Shown here piece after piece: positions 21,512 through 32,071 of a DNA stretch of 64,000 nt. This DNA is from an uncultured Actinomycetes bacterium (lineage in GTDB: Bacteria > Actinomycetota > Acidimicrobiia > Spongiisociales > DATADW01), in NCBI GenBank assembly GCA_963824995.1, contig CAWGRK010000006.1:442273-506272 (forward strand). Reading direction: 5' to 3'. The first letter of the stretch is position 1. Each line of letters starts with the position of its first letter. Both the position numbers and the translations under genes were made by a program. The notes under the pieces were generated by a model, which did not search any database, was not told the DNA's origin, and worked only from the letters and a program-made list of their open reading frames with translations.

Positions 21512-22297
21512 TCAGATACCGAGTACCTCATCGAGGCCGACGGCGACGCCGACGGCTCCCACCACGTGCCGGATGGCCAGAACCGCACCGTGGGCGAACG
21601 ACGAGTAAGAGGTGCTCTGGTGGGTCACCGAGAACAGCTCACCGCTGTTGGAGAAGGCGACCTCCTGAGACGAGATGACACCTTCGAGGCGGACTGAGTG
21701 GACTCGCACACCGCCCACGTCGGCACCCCTCGCCCCACCGACGAGTTCCGAAGAGGCGGTCGAGGAGGATCCTCCGGCAGCTGCTATCCGCGAGGCGGTG
21801 TTCAGAGAGGTGCCCGAAGGGGCGTCGGGCTTGTCGGCGTGGTGGCGCTCGATCACCTCTGCTTGCTCGAAGTGAGGAGCAGCCAGCTCGGAAAAGCGCG
21901 CCATCAGCACCGCTCCCACCGCGAAGTTGGGCACCACCAGACAGCCCGGCCTTTCGTCCCCCCAGAGCCGGCGCAGCTCGTCGAGCCGCTCTTCGGTGAA
22001 ACCGGAGGTCCCGACCACGGCTCCAAACCCCCGCCAGCGCCAAGCGCGCAGGTTATCCATCACCACCGTCGGGTTGGTCGACTCGACCATCACGTCGGCC
22101 TCGATCTCGTCGGGGTCGGCGACCACCTCCAACCCGGCAAAAGAGCTGCCGACGCGCTTGGGGTTGTAGGCGCCGCTTAGCTCGAGGTCGTCTGCAGCCT
22201 CGACTGCCTCGGCCACCGCCGCGGCGAGACGGCCGCCGGCTCCGGAGATCGCGACGCGTATCAGGCAGGCTCCCCCATCGGCGGCCGACAGTACCAT
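21512..22297 (-). CDS. dapB: 4-hydroxy-tetrahydrodipicolinate reductase (start uncertain)
   Basis: GAGGRL, VVGTSGF, VVPNFAVG, ERHHADKPDAPSGT, VHSVRL. Confidence 0.9.
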   Translation of the reverse strand: MVLSAADGGACLIRVAISGAGGRLAAAVAEAVEAADDLELSGAYNPKRVGSSFAGLEVVADPDEIEADVMVESTNPTVVMDNLRAWRWRGFGAVVGTSGFTEERLDELRRLWGDERPGCLVVPNFAVGAVLMARFSELAAPHFEQAEVIERHHADKPDAPSGTSLNTASRIAAAGGSSSTASSELVGGARGADVGGVRVHSVRLEGVISSQEVAFSNSGELFSVTHQSTSYSSFAHGAVLAIRHVVGAVGVAVGLDEVLGI

Positions 22298-22326
22298 CCG
22301 GGGTCATCGCGACCCGGAGCGTCCTG

Positions 22327-23439
22327 GTGCCAGACCTACCGCAGACCGCTGCCGTCGTCGTGGTCGGTGGAGGCGTGACCGGTACCAGTGCCCTCTACCA
22401 CCTGACGGTGGCGGGATGCCAGGACGTGGTGTTGTTGGAGCGGGACACGCTCTGCTCGGGCTCCACCAGCAAGGCGGCAGGCGGCATCCGCGCCCAGTTC
22501 TCCGACGAGCTCAACATCAGGATGGCGCTGGAGAACATCCGTCGCTTCGAGCGGTTCGGTGACGAGATCGGGGTGGACATCGACTTCAAGCAGTGGGGCT
22601 ACCTGATCATGGTGGGACCGGGCTCGCTGCCGCAGTTCCAGGAGGCGCTCGACCTGCAGCACCGGCTCGGCGTCCCGTCCGAGCTGCTCGGTCCCGCCGA
22701 GATCGCCCGGATCGTCCCCCAACTGGCCACTGATGATCTCGCTGGAGCCACCTTCTGTCCCATAGACGGTTACGCCACCCCCGAAAGCGTGGGCCAGGGA
22801 TATGCCGGGGCTGCGGCGCGCCGCGGGGCGCGGGTGATCCAGGGCTGTGAGGTCACGTCGGTGACCATCGAGGAAGGGAGCGTCACCGGAGTGGCCACGA
22901 CGATGGGCACGATCTCGTCACCTCTTGTGATCCTCGCCGCCGGGGTGTGGTCGGTGGAACTGGCTGCGGCGGCGGGGCTCCACCTCCCGGTGACAGCGGA
23001 GCCGCGCTACGTCTGGTTGACCGAGCCAGGAGACCCTCTCCCCCACGAGCTTCCGCTGACGATCGACTTCGATACCGGCTTCTACTTTCAGCGCGAGGGC
23101 CAGTCCTTGCTCTTCGGCGGACGTCAGCAGTCGCTGGAGGAGTTGGCACCATTCGCCACCCACCGTTTGCCGCTGCTGGCGGATCTCGGGATCCGCCCCG
23201 GCTGGTGGGGCTACTACGAGATGAGCCCCGACCACAACGCCGTCGTCGGCGCCGCGACCGAGCCCAATGGGTTGCTCTACGGCACCGGGTTCTCCGGTCA
23301 CGGCTTCCAGCAATCGCCCGTGGTCGGCGAGTACCTGGCCTGCCTGGCGCTCGGATTGGAACCGCCACTCGACCTCGGCGCCCTATCCGTGGATCGATTC
23401 GCCGCGGCGTCCGCCAAGCCGGAGACCTATGTGATTTGA
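22327..23439 (+). CDS. FAD-dependent oxidoreductase (sarcosine oxidase beta / D-amino acid oxidase family)
   Basis: VVVVGGGVTG, GSTSKAAGGIRAQF, GYYEMSPDHN, GFSGHGFQQSP. Confidence 0.88.
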   Translation: MPDLPQTAAVVVVGGGVTGTSALYHLTVAGCQDVVLLERDTLCSGSTSKAAGGIRAQFSDELNIRMALENIRRFERFGDEIGVDIDFKQWGYLIMVGPGSLPQFQEALDLQHRLGVPSELLGPAEIARIVPQLATDDLAGATFCPIDGYATPESVGQGYAGAAARRGARVIQGCEVTSVTIEEGSVTGVATTMGTISSPLVILAAGVWSVELAAAAGLHLPVTAEPRYVWLTEPGDPLPHELPLTIDFDTGFYFQREGQSLLFGGRQQSLEELAPFATHRLPLLADLGIRPGWWGYYEMSPDHNAVVGAATEPNGLLYGTGFSGHGFQQSPVVGEYLACLALGLEPPLDLGALSVDRFAAASAKPETYVI

Positions 23440-23454
23440 GCTGGCGTGTCGAGG

Positions 23455-24333
23455 TCAGAGGTAGACGAGGGGGTCCTCCTCGAACCGCCGCTGGCACCCG
23501 GCGGCGCAGAACCAATAGGTTGCCCCATCGTGCTCGGCCGAGAACCTGGCGGTTGCCGGGTCGACCTCCATCCCGCAAACCGGGTCGATCGACACCTCTG
23601 GGAGCATCACTGCAGGCGCGGCGGAACCGGCGGCGGCCCGAAGCGCAACCAACTCGGCGAGCACCGCCACCGCCACCTCCTCGTGGGTGGTGTGGCCCAG
23701 GTCGAGACCGGCGGGGGCGCGCACCCTGGCAAGCTGCTCCTCGTCCATCCCCTCCGCCCGCAGTGCCTCGAGCACCGATGAGGCCCGCTTCTCCGATGCC
23801 ACCAAACCGATGAACGCTGCCGGGGCCGCCAAGGCAGCTTTCAACGCCGGCTCGTCGTAGTGGCCCTGGGTGGCGACGACGACGAACCCGCCCTCTCCGA
23901 CTTGCCCGAGGTCGGGGCTGTCCACCGAGCGCGACCGCCACCCCAGGACCGCTGCCATCTCGACCAGTACCACGACCATCGGTGAGTCGCCCACCACCAC
24001 CAGTTCGGGGGTGGGGAGCACCGGTTCCAGATAGACCTCCATGGCTCCCTCCGACTCGCACGCCATCGGCACCACCTCGACCCCCTCGCGCGAATCGTGC
24101 TCACCGAGCACGAGCACCCGCGGCCGGCCGTCCTCGAGCGACTCGAGGGCACGCCTCACCACGGTGGGGGCGGCGCAGGCCCCACCCAGCCACCCCTCGA
24201 CGCTCCCGTTTGCGCTGATGATCGCCTTCGATCCCTGCCGCCCCGAAGACGGCGCCCGCCGCCACACCACGGTGGCGAGCACGAATGGCTGACCCGACTC
24301 AGCCAGCTCGGCGGCTCGCCGCAGGGTGCTCAA
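23455..24333 (-). CDS. XdhC/CoxF-I family molybdenum cofactor maturation protein with C-terminal YHS domain
   Basis: GWLGGACA, MACESEGAMEVYLEP, FIGLVASEKR, APAGLDLG; DPVCGMEV...YWFCAAGCQRRF (YHS). Confidence 0.9.
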   Translation of the reverse strand: MSTLRRAAELAESGQPFVLATVVWRRAPSSGRQGSKAIISANGSVEGWLGGACAAPTVVRRALESLEDGRPRVLVLGEHDSREGVEVVPMACESEGAMEVYLEPVLPTPELVVVGDSPMVVVLVEMAAVLGWRSRSVDSPDLGQVGEGGFVVVATQGHYDEPALKAALAAPAAFIGLVASEKRASSVLEALRAEGMDEEQLARVRAPAGLDLGHTTHEEVAVAVLAELVALRAAAGSAAPAVMLPEVSIDPVCGMEVDPATARFSAEHDGATYWFCAAGCQRRFEEDPLVYL

Positions 24334-24352
24334 CGACCTGCCATCGGCCGGG

Positions 24353-26722
24353 TCAAGGAGTCACCTCGACACCGTTGAGGGCGCCCCACACCCGGTGCGG
24401 CAGGACCGGCATGTCGATGTTCTCCACACCGGCTGACCAGAGGGCGTCGATCACCGCGTTGACGTAGGCGGCGGGCGAGCCGACGGTCGCCGACTCCCCG
24501 ACGCCCTTCGCCCCGATGGGGTGGTGCGGCGACGGTGTGACGGTTGCGCCGAGCTCGAACCGAGGGGTCTCCCACGCGGTCGGCACCAGGTAGTCGAGGA
24601 AGTTGGTCCCGATGCAGTTGCCCTCCTCGTCGAAAGTGATCCACTGGTTGGTGGCCTTGGCGAATCCCTCGGCCAGGCCTCCGCGAATCTGACCGGCGAC
24701 GATCATCGGGTTGATCCGGACACCGCAGTCGTCCACTGCCACCATCCGGAGGACCTCCCAGGTGCCGTCCCCTGGATCCACCTCGACCACCACCACGTAG
24801 GTCCCGAACGGGTAGGTCATGTTGGGCGGGTCGTAGTAATGGACGCCCTCCAACCCGGCCTCCATCCCGTCGGGGAGGTTGGTGTAGGCGGCGAACGCCA
24901 CGTCCTGGATGGTCACTCCCTGGTCGGGTGATCCCTTGACGAAGAACCGCCCCGGCTCCCACTCCAGGTCCTCCTCGGCTGCCTCGAGCAGGTGGGCGGC
25001 GATCGCCTTCGCCTTCTCCCTGATCTTGCGGGAGATGACGGCAGTGGCGGCGCCGCCGACCGGGGTCGAGCGCGAGGCGTAGGTTCCCAACCCGTACGGG
25101 GTGTTGTCGGTGTCCCCCTCCTGCACCATGATGTCGCCCGCCGGGATCCCCAGTTCCTCGGCGACTATCTGGGCGAAGGTGGTCTCGTGCCCCTGGCCCT
25201 GGCTCTTCACCCCCAGCTTGAGGATCGCCTTGCCGGTGGGGTGGATCCGAAGCTCGGCGGAGTCGAACATCTTGAGCCCGGCGATGTCGTAATCCTTGGA
25301 GTGCCCTGCGCCGACCACTTCGGTGAACGATGCGATGCCGATGCCGATCAGCTTGCCTTCGGGATGAGGCTCGGCCTTCTTGCGCTGCCAGCCCTCGTAG
25401 TCGGCCATCTCCAGCGCCAGGTCGAGGGCGGCGTGGTAGTCACCCGAGTCGTAGACGAAACCCGTCGCCGACTTGTAGGGGAACTGGTCGGATCGGATGA
25501 AGTTGCGCCTGCGGAACTCGACGGGGTCCATCCCCAACTCGTACGCCGCGTTCTGCACCAGTCTCTCGACCAGGTACGACGCCTCGGTGACCCGGAACGA
25601 GCACCGGTAGGCGACCCCGCCGGGCGCCTTGTTGGTGAACACGCCCTTGGCGGAAACATGAGCCACCGGGATGTCGTAGCTGCCGGTGCAGATGTGGAAC
25701 AGCCCGGCGCGGAACTTGGATGGCTGGGCGTCGGCGTAGAAGGCGCCCTGGTCGGAGAGGATCGATGCCCGCATCGCCAGCATCCGGCCATCGGCATCGA
25801 GCGCCAGTTCGCCCCTCATGTAGTAGTCGCGGGCGAACCCGGTGGATATCAGATTCTCCGACCGGGACTCCACCCACTTCACCGGCTTCCCCAGCAGCAG
25901 CGAGGCGGCGGTGGCCACCACGTATCCCGGGTAGATGGGCACCTTGTTCCCGAAACCGCCGCCGATGTCGGGAGAGATGATCCGGATGTTCTGCTCGGGC
26001 AACCCGGCCACGAGGGCGAACAGGGTCCGGTGGGCGTGCGGCGCCTGGCTGGTGAGGTAGATCGTCGCCTGCCCTGTCGCCGGGTTGATGTCAGCGATCA
26101 CCCCGCAGGTCTCCAGCGGCGATGGGTGCGACCGCGGGTAGAAGGTATCGAGCGAGACCACCTTGTCCGCTGCCGAGAAGGCGGCGTCGGTGCCTTCCTT
26201 GTCCCCGGTCTCCCAGGTGTAGGCGACGTTGTCGGTCTGGCCCTCCTTCTCGTCACGGATCAGCGGAGCGTCGGGCTCGAGCCCACGCTGCGGGGTGACG
26301 ATGACCGGCAACTCGTCGTAGTCCACGTTGATCAGCGCCAGCGCGTCGCGGGCGATGTACGGGTCGGTGGCGATCACCGCGGCGACTTCCTGGCCCTGAT
26401 AGCGGACCTTGTCGGTGGCGAGCACCGCCTGGGTGTCCCCCGACAAGGTCGGCATCCACGCCAGATTGTGCGCCGCCATCAACTCGCCGGTGACCACGGC
26501 GACCACTCCGTCGAGTGCCTCGGCCTCGCTCGAGTCGATCGACACCAGCCTTGCGTGGGCAAGTGGGGACCGCAGGATGGCCATGTGGAGCATCCCGGGG
26601 AGGACGATGTCGTCCACGTAGCGACCCGCCCCCTGGATGAAGCGGTCATCCTCCTTGCGCCGCACGGAATGGCCGATGCCACCGATCTCGGCAGTGGTGC
26701 GAGGTTCCATGGTCGTCGTCAT
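24353..26722 (-). CDS. coxL: aerobic carbon monoxide dehydrogenase large subunit, form I
   Basis: Active-site loop VAYRCSFR (form I signature AYxCSFR), [25 protein letters not shown] 26722 in ATGA overlap with coxS. Confidence 0.97.
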   Translation of the reverse strand: MTTTMEPRTTAEIGGIGHSVRRKEDDRFIQGAGRYVDDIVLPGMLHMAILRSPLAHARLVSIDSSEAEALDGVVAVVTGELMAAHNLAWMPTLSGDTQAVLATDKVRYQGQEVAAVIATDPYIARDALALINVDYDELPVIVTPQRGLEPDAPLIRDEKEGQTDNVAYTWETGDKEGTDAAFSAADKVVSLDTFYPRSHPSPLETCGVIADINPATGQATIYLTSQAPHAHRTLFALVAGLPEQNIRIISPDIGGGFGNKVPIYPGYVVATAASLLLGKPVKWVESRSENLISTGFARDYYMRGELALDADGRMLAMRASILSDQGAFYADAQPSKFRAGLFHICTGSYDIPVAHVSAKGVFTNKAPGGVAYRCSFRVTEASYLVERLVQNAAYELGMDPVEFRRRNFIRSDQFPYKSATGFVYDSGDYHAALDLALEMADYEGWQRKKAEPHPEGKLIGIGIASFTEVVGAGHSKDYDIAGLKMFDSAELRIHPTGKAILKLGVKSQGQGHETTFAQIVAEELGIPAGDIMVQEGDTDNTPYGLGTYASRSTPVGGAATAVISRKIREKAKAIAAHLLEAAEEDLEWEPGRFFVKGSPDQGVTIQDVAFAAYTNLPDGMEAGLEGVHYYDPPNMTYPFGTYVVVVEVDPGDGTWEVLRMVAVDDCGVRINPMIVAGQIRGGLAEGFAKATNQWITFDEEGNCIGTNFLDYLVPTAWETPRFELGATVTPSPHHPIGAKGVGESATVGSPAAYVNAVIDALWSAGVENIDMPVLPHRVWGALNGVEVTP

Positions 26723-27234
26723 GCCATCTCCTCGATCCTCTCGGCGGCCATCGTCTCGGCGGCCAGCTTCTCGGCGGCCAGCGTCCCACCCGCCGCCTGG
26801 ATAGCGGTGACGATGGTCGTGTACCCGGTGCAGCGGCAGATGTTGCCCGAGATCGCCCAACGGACCTCGTCATCGGTCGGTGAGGGATTCTCCTCGAGCA
26901 GCGCAGTGCCGACCAGCATCATCCCCGGCGTGCAGAAGCCGCACTGAAGCCCGTGGTGCTCTTTGAAGGCGGCCTGTATCGGATGGAGCACGCCGTTCTG
27001 CTTGAGGCCCTCGACGGTGCGAAGCGAGGACCCGTCAGCCTGTACCGCCAGCATGGTGCACGACTTCATCGGGACGCCGTCCACCAGCACGGTGCACGCG
27101 CCGCAATTGGTGGTGTCGCAACCGATATGGGTGCCGGTCAGACCCAGGTCGCTCCGTATGAAGTCGACCAGGAGCTTGCGAGGCTCGACGTCGCGCTCGT
27201 AGGCGGCCCCGTTCACAGTCACCGAGACCTGCAT
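26719..27234 (-). CDS. coxS: CO dehydrogenase small [2Fe-2S] subunit
   Basis: [29 protein letters not shown]. Confidence 0.96.
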   Translation of the reverse strand: MQVSVTVNGAAYERDVEPRKLLVDFIRSDLGLTGTHIGCDTTNCGACTVLVDGVPMKSCTMLAVQADGSSLRTVEGLKQNGVLHPIQAAFKEHHGLQCGFCTPGMMLVGTALLEENPSPTDDEVRWAISGNICRCTGYTTIVTAIQAAGGTLAAEKLAAETMAAERIEEMA

Positions 27235-28112
27235 CACGCCACCTCCTGCTGCGCCGCGGCCAGCGCCTTGGCGAAACCCCGCTCCGTGTAGGTCTTGACC
27301 ACGGCCCGCTTGTACGCGGCGGGCCCGCGCACATCGTCCTCGGGACCGCACATCATCGAGGCGAGATTCCCCACCTCGGCGAACAGTTCGTGGGTGGGCT
27401 CCTCGCCCTCCATCATCCGGGAGGCCTCGGCTACGGCGATGTTGATCGACCCGACGCTGGTGAGCGCCAGCCCGGCCGATGCGACCTTTCCGCCGTCGTC
27501 GAGGGCGATCTGGGTTGCCACTCCCACGGTGGCGTAGTCGCCGATCTTCCGCTCCAGCTTGAGGTAGGCCCCACCGGAGCGTGGCCCGTCCTTGGGCACC
27601 TCCACTCCGACCACCATCTCCCCGGGCTGCAGCGAGTTGGTGAAGAAGTCGACCACGAACTCGGAAATCGGGATGCGGCGCTCGCCGCCCGACGACCGGG
27701 CCACCACGTTGGCGCCCAGAGCCAGCAGCACCGAGTTCCAGTCACCCTCTGGATCGCAATGCGCCACCGACCCGCACAGCGTCCCCCGGTTCCGCACCAG
27801 CGGGTCGGAGATCCATGGGGCGGCGCTCGCCATGAGCGAACTGTGCTCGGCGACCAGATCCGAGGCCGCCACCTGGGCATGGCGGACCAGGGCTCCGATC
27901 ACAAGATGCCCGTTCTCGGTGCCGACCCGGTCGAGGTCGGGGATACGGTTGATATCCACCAGGTGTGCCGGCTGGGCCAGTCGGAGCTTCATCATGGGGA
28001 TGAGGCTCTGGCCACCGGCTAGGACCCGCCCCTCCTCGCCCACCTCGGCCAGTTGCGCCAGTGCCTCGTCGAGGCTGCGTGGCGCCGTGTACTCGAAAGG
28101 CGCGGGGTACAT
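27234..28112 (-). CDS. coxM: CO dehydrogenase medium (FAD) subunit
   Basis: [37 protein letters not shown] gene order. Confidence 0.93.
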   Translation of the reverse strand: MYPAPFEYTAPRSLDEALAQLAEVGEEGRVLAGGQSLIPMMKLRLAQPAHLVDINRIPDLDRVGTENGHLVIGALVRHAQVAASDLVAEHSSLMASAAPWISDPLVRNRGTLCGSVAHCDPEGDWNSVLLALGANVVARSSGGERRIPISEFVVDFFTNSLQPGEMVVGVEVPKDGPRSGGAYLKLERKIGDYATVGVATQIALDDGGKVASAGLALTSVGSINIAVAEASRMMEGEEPTHELFAEVGNLASMMCGPEDDVRGPAAYKRAVVKTYTERGFAKALAAAQQEVA

Positions 28113-28217
28113 CGCCTACCTCCTCCTACCGCGGCGACCCCCTCCCAACGACGATAGCGGGAGGAGGGTTTTGACGTGGCTGAGCGACGGAATTGGTGAC
28201 TCGCCGAGGCGTGACGG

Positions 28218-29102
28218 CTATGCGCTGCGGTCGGCCACGAGATGACCGGGCGCGATCTCCACGAGCCGAGGTGGAGGCTCGTTCCCATCGGATGGGATCT
28301 CGGGCACCGCGATGCGATCGTCCGACCACTTTGTATGCACCCGAGGCACGGAAGCAAGAAGCTGCTTGGTGTACTCGTGGGCAGGCCGGGCGAACACGGC
28401 CTCCGTGGGGCCCAGTTCAACGGCGCACCCGCGATGGAGGATGACGGTCCTATCGCTGATGTAGTGACCGAGCGAGAGGTCGTGAGTGATGAACAAGACC
28501 CCCAGTTGCCGCTCCCTGAGGTCAGCCAGCAGGTTGAGGACGTCGATCCGGGTCGATGCGTCGAGCATGCTGATGATCTCGTCGGCGACGAGCACCCTGA
28601 TGTCGAGTATCAACGCCCTCGCCACCAGCAGCCGCTGAAGCTGCCCGCCGCTGAGTTGGTGGGGGTACTTGTGGAGACACTGCGCCGGGTCGAGATTCAC
28701 CCCTTCGAGCGCCGCGGCCACCCTCGACCGCCACTCACTATCGCTGGTCCCCGAGAAGTAGCCCTCGCGCAGCAGGCCGAATATGTGCTCGACTTTGAAC
28801 ACGGGGTTGAACGAGCTGAAGGGGTCCTGGAAAACCCCCTGGACCTTGCCGTAGTAGGAACGCAATTGGCGCTTGCCAAAGCGCGAGATGTCAGCCCCAT
28901 CGAACGTGATCGATCCGCTCGTGATCGAGGAGAGCCGAAGGATCATCTTGCCGATGGTGCTCTTGCCACTCCCGCTCTCGCCTATCAGCGACACCACCTC
29001 GCCTGGTCGGACGTCGAAGCTGACTCCGCGCACCGCCACCAGTTCCGATCCGCCGAAGGCACCAACCTTGTAGGTCTTGAAGACGTCGTCGAGCCGGAGC
29101 AT
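28218..29102 (-). CDS. peptide/oligosaccharide ABC transporter ATPase (OppF-like)
   Basis: GESGSGKST, VFQDPFSSFNP, YPHQLSGGQLQR, ADEIISMLDAS. Confidence 0.92.
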   Translation of the reverse strand: MLRLDDVFKTYKVGAFGGSELVAVRGVSFDVRPGEVVSLIGESGSGKSTIGKMILRLSSITSGSITFDGADISRFGKRQLRSYYGKVQGVFQDPFSSFNPVFKVEHIFGLLREGYFSGTSDSEWRSRVAAALEGVNLDPAQCLHKYPHQLSGGQLQRLLVARALILDIRVLVADEIISMLDASTRIDVLNLLADLRERQLGVLFITHDLSLGHYISDRTVILHRGCAVELGPTEAVFARPAHEYTKQLLASVPRVHTKWSDDRIAVPEIPSDGNEPPPRLVEIAPGHLVADRSA

Positions 29103-30055
29103 CAGGCGACCTTCCAACAGGCGACATGGTGATCCGGGGCGATTTCCACAAAGGGCGGTTCTTCCAGGCACTTGTCGAAGGCGAACGGGCACCGGTCTCG
29201 GAAGCGGCAGCCCACCGGCGGGTCGAGCAGCGACGGCGGTCTGCCCGGAATGCCCTCGAGCCGCTGATCCTCGTAGCGAACGCCCGACCTCGGGGAGCGA
29301 TGAGATGAGCATCTGCGTGTAGGGGTGAAGGGGTGTATCCACCACCACATCCACCGCCGCCTTCTCCGCCAGCCTCCCGGCGTACATGATCATGACCGTG
29401 TCGGCGACCTGGTAGAGGATCGAGACGTCGTGCGAGATGACGATCATGCTCTTGACGAAGTCGCGCTCGCGGAACTCGACCAGCATCTCGGCGACAGCTC
29501 TCTGGGTGGTGACATCGAGAGCCGAGGTGATCTCGTCGGCGACCAGCAGCGACGGGTTGAGCAGCGTGGACAAGCACCATCACCACCCGCTGCTTCATCC
29601 CACCGGACAATTCGATCGGATAGCGGTCGAGGACCTCGGTTCCGAGATTGACAAGGTCGAGGCGTCGCTTCAACTCATCCGCAATGCCCTTGTAGGCGAC
29701 ATCGCGCTGACTGGAGAAGCTCGGCGATCATCGGCCCGATCTTGCGCGTCGGGTTCGAGTGCGCTCATGGCGTACTGGGGGATGATCGAGACCTCGTTGT
29801 AACGGAAGTCGTCCATCTGGTCGTCGTCCCAGATGGGGAGCTCCTTTCCGTCCAACTCGACCCGGCCACCGATGTACATCATGCGTGAGCTGAGCCGGAC
29901 GAGACTGTTGCCCAGAGTGGACTTGCCACAACCGGATTCCCCGCCAGGCCCATGATCTCGCCGTCGGCCACGGTGAAGGAGACACCGTCCAGCGCCTGAA
30001 CGTCACCGCTGAATGTTCGATAGCGGACTTCGAGCCGATCGACGACGAGGCTCAT
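29102..30055 (-). CDS. peptide/oligosaccharide ABC transporter ATPase (OppD-like; several frameshifts)
   Basis: Fragments MSLVVDRLEVRY, IPQYAMSAL, YPIELSGGMKQR, ADEITSALDV, GCRFRDRCP, HVACW. Confidence 0.88.
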
Positions 30056-30056
30056 C

Positions 30057-30963
30057 TCACATCTCTCGCAACTTGGGGTTGAAGACCTCGTCGAGCCCAA
30101 CGTTCATGATGTAGAGCGACCCGACGATGGCGGTGATCGCCAGGCCCGGGCGGAATGAACCACCACCACATGCCGAGGTGGAGAGCGCTCCAGAGGACGG
30201 CGTTGTTCATCATCAGCCCGAGCGACGACCCGTCGGTGGGACCGAGGCCGATGAAGTCGAGTGCGGCGGCGATGAGGATCGACCCACCGAAGAGGAGGAT
30301 GAAGACCATCACCAGGTAGGAGCCCATGTTGGGCGCGATCTCGGTGGCGATTATCCGCCACGTCCGCAGCCCGGTGAGCCGGGCCAGGTCTACGAACTCC
30401 CGCGAGCTCAACGAGAAGGTCTGCGCCCGGACCGCCCGAGCGACCCACGGCCAGGATGTGAGCCCGATGAGCAGCGCCTGGGTGAGTGTCCCCCGCACCG
30501 GGAGATAGGCAGCCACGATGATCAGGACCGCCAGCGTCGGGATCACCAGCACCACGTTGGTCACCATGGTCAGCGCCTCGTCCACCAGCTTGCCGCGGTA
30601 ACCGGAGATGAAACCGATGGACATGCCGATGATGCCGGCGATGGCTCCGCCGAGCAGACCCACCATGAACGTGGATCCGAGCCCATGGGCGAACTGGGCG
30701 AACACGTCCTGTCCGAAGGTCGTAGTGCCGAACCAGTACTCGGCTGATGGAGGTGCCCCCGACGGACCGACGTAATCGTTTGGCGGTGCGTCGCTGATTC
30801 GCGGGCCGACGATGGCGATGGCCACGAAAAATAGGATCACCACCGCCCCGATCCGCAGCTTCCAGTTCCGCAGCGCGAAATGGAGGTTGTCGCCGCGCCG
30901 TGTCACCACCATCGGGACCGCCCCAGCCGGAGCGACCGCCGCCACCTCCATCTCGGGAGCCAT
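30057..30963 (-). CDS. ABC transporter permease (OppC-like; frameshift ~30145)
   Basis: YWFGTTTFGQDVF, REFVDLARLTG, MWWWFIPPG, GLDEVFNPKLR. Confidence 0.9.
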
Positions 30964-31004
30964 CACCGGCGAAGGGGATTCGATGCGGCGGGGATCGGGG
31001 GCGG

Positions 31005-31997
31005 TCAGGTGACACCGCCCTGCATACCGGTCCTCGTCCGGGGGTCGATAACGATGTAGACGAGGTCGATGATGAAGTTGGCGAGAAGCACCCCGATGAT
31101 GATGAACAGGAATGCTCCCTGGAGCAGGAAGAAGTCCCGGTTGTTGATCGCCTGGAGCGTCATATAGCCGATTCCCGGATACGAAAAGACGATCTCGGTG
31201 AGGAGAGCACCCGCCACGATCACACCTAGCTGAAGAGCCAGCCCGGTCAGCTGGGGAAGGAGCGCGTTCCTGTATGCGTATTTCCGGATCAACTTCTGCG
31301 GGGCGCCCAGAGCCTCGAGGTAGTTGCAGTAGTCGGCCTCTAGTTCATAGATGATCAAGTTCCTCATTCCTATCGCCCAACCACCGAACCCGACGAGGAA
31401 AAGGGTCAGGAATGGCAGGAACCAGTGCTGGAGCAGGCTGCCGGCAAATGCCAACGACCACGCGGGTCGTAGGGTGAGCCCGTATGCCCCAGAGATGGGG
31501 AACCAGCCGGCGAGAAAGGCCAGCGACCAGGCGAGCAGCAACGCCAGCCACATGTATGGGGTCGCGGTGAGGATGTAACCGAAGGGGAGAAGCGTGTTGT
31601 CGAACCACCTCCTCCTTGCCGCGTATGCGCCGAACTTGTTGCCGGCGATCCAGCTCAAGATGATCGCCGGGAGCAGGAGAGCCAGCGTGTAGGGGACCGC
31701 GGCAAGGAGCACTCGCGAGACCGGTTGCGGGAAGAGCCAGATGCTGGTTCCGAGGTCGCCTTGGAAAAGCGACTTCCAGAAATTGAGATACTGCTCCCAG
31801 ACCGGGACATCGAGGCCGAAGACACCTGTGTAGTACTGGTACATCCGCTCCGACGCCTCCGGACGGAGCGAAGCCCTGGCGAGCATGGTGCGGATCGGGT
31901 CCCCGGGCATGAACCGGGGAATCATCCAGTCGATGGTGACTGCGATGAAGAAGGTGAGCGCGTATGTGAACAGTTTCCGTGTGAAGAAGGGGCGCAC
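31005..31997 (-). CDS. ABC transporter permease (OppB-like)
   Basis: PRFMPGDP, GDLGTS, LTEIVFSYPGIG, DLVYIVIDPR. Confidence 0.93.
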   Translation of the reverse strand: MRPFFTRKLFTYALTFFIAVTIDWMIPRFMPGDPIRTMLARASLRPEASERMYQYYTGVFGLDVPVWEQYLNFWKSLFQGDLGTSIWLFPQPVSRVLLAAVPYTLALLLPAIILSWIAGNKFGAYAARRRWFDNTLLPFGYILTATPYMWLALLLAWSLAFLAGWFPISGAYGLTLRPAWSLAFAGSLLQHWFLPFLTLFLVGFGGWAIGMRNLIIYELEADYCNYLEALGAPQKLIRKYAYRNALLPQLTGLALQLGVIVAGALLTEIVFSYPGIGYMTLQAINNRDFFLLQGAFLFIIIGVLLANFIIDLVYIVIDPRTRTGMQGGVT

Positions 31998-32029
31998 ACG
32001 TTCTCCAGTGGGAGGCGACCGTAGCAGCG

Positions 32030-32063
32030 GGTCCCGCCCCCCTCCTGAGAGAGGGACGGGACC
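32030..32063 (-). terminator. intercistronic stem-loop downstream of the substrate-binding protein gene
   Basis: Minus strand GGTCCCGTCCCTCTC-TCAG-GAGGGGGGCGGGACC, 15-bp stem; its two G-U pairs form only on the coding strand. Confidence 0.7.
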
Positions 32064-32071
32064 TGCCGGGC

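Noticed and set aside
26735..26782. Three 15-bp repeats (TGGCCGCCGAGA core) at the coxS 3' end
   Set aside because: Short in-frame expansion ([15 protein letters not shown]) in a variable tail; no sign of function
24992..26947. 651-aa plus-strand ORF, and similar long antisense ORFs at 19147-20760, 41856-43700 and 61177-62412
   Set aside because: Shadow ORFs opposite well-supported genes; expected at high GC and carry no motifs
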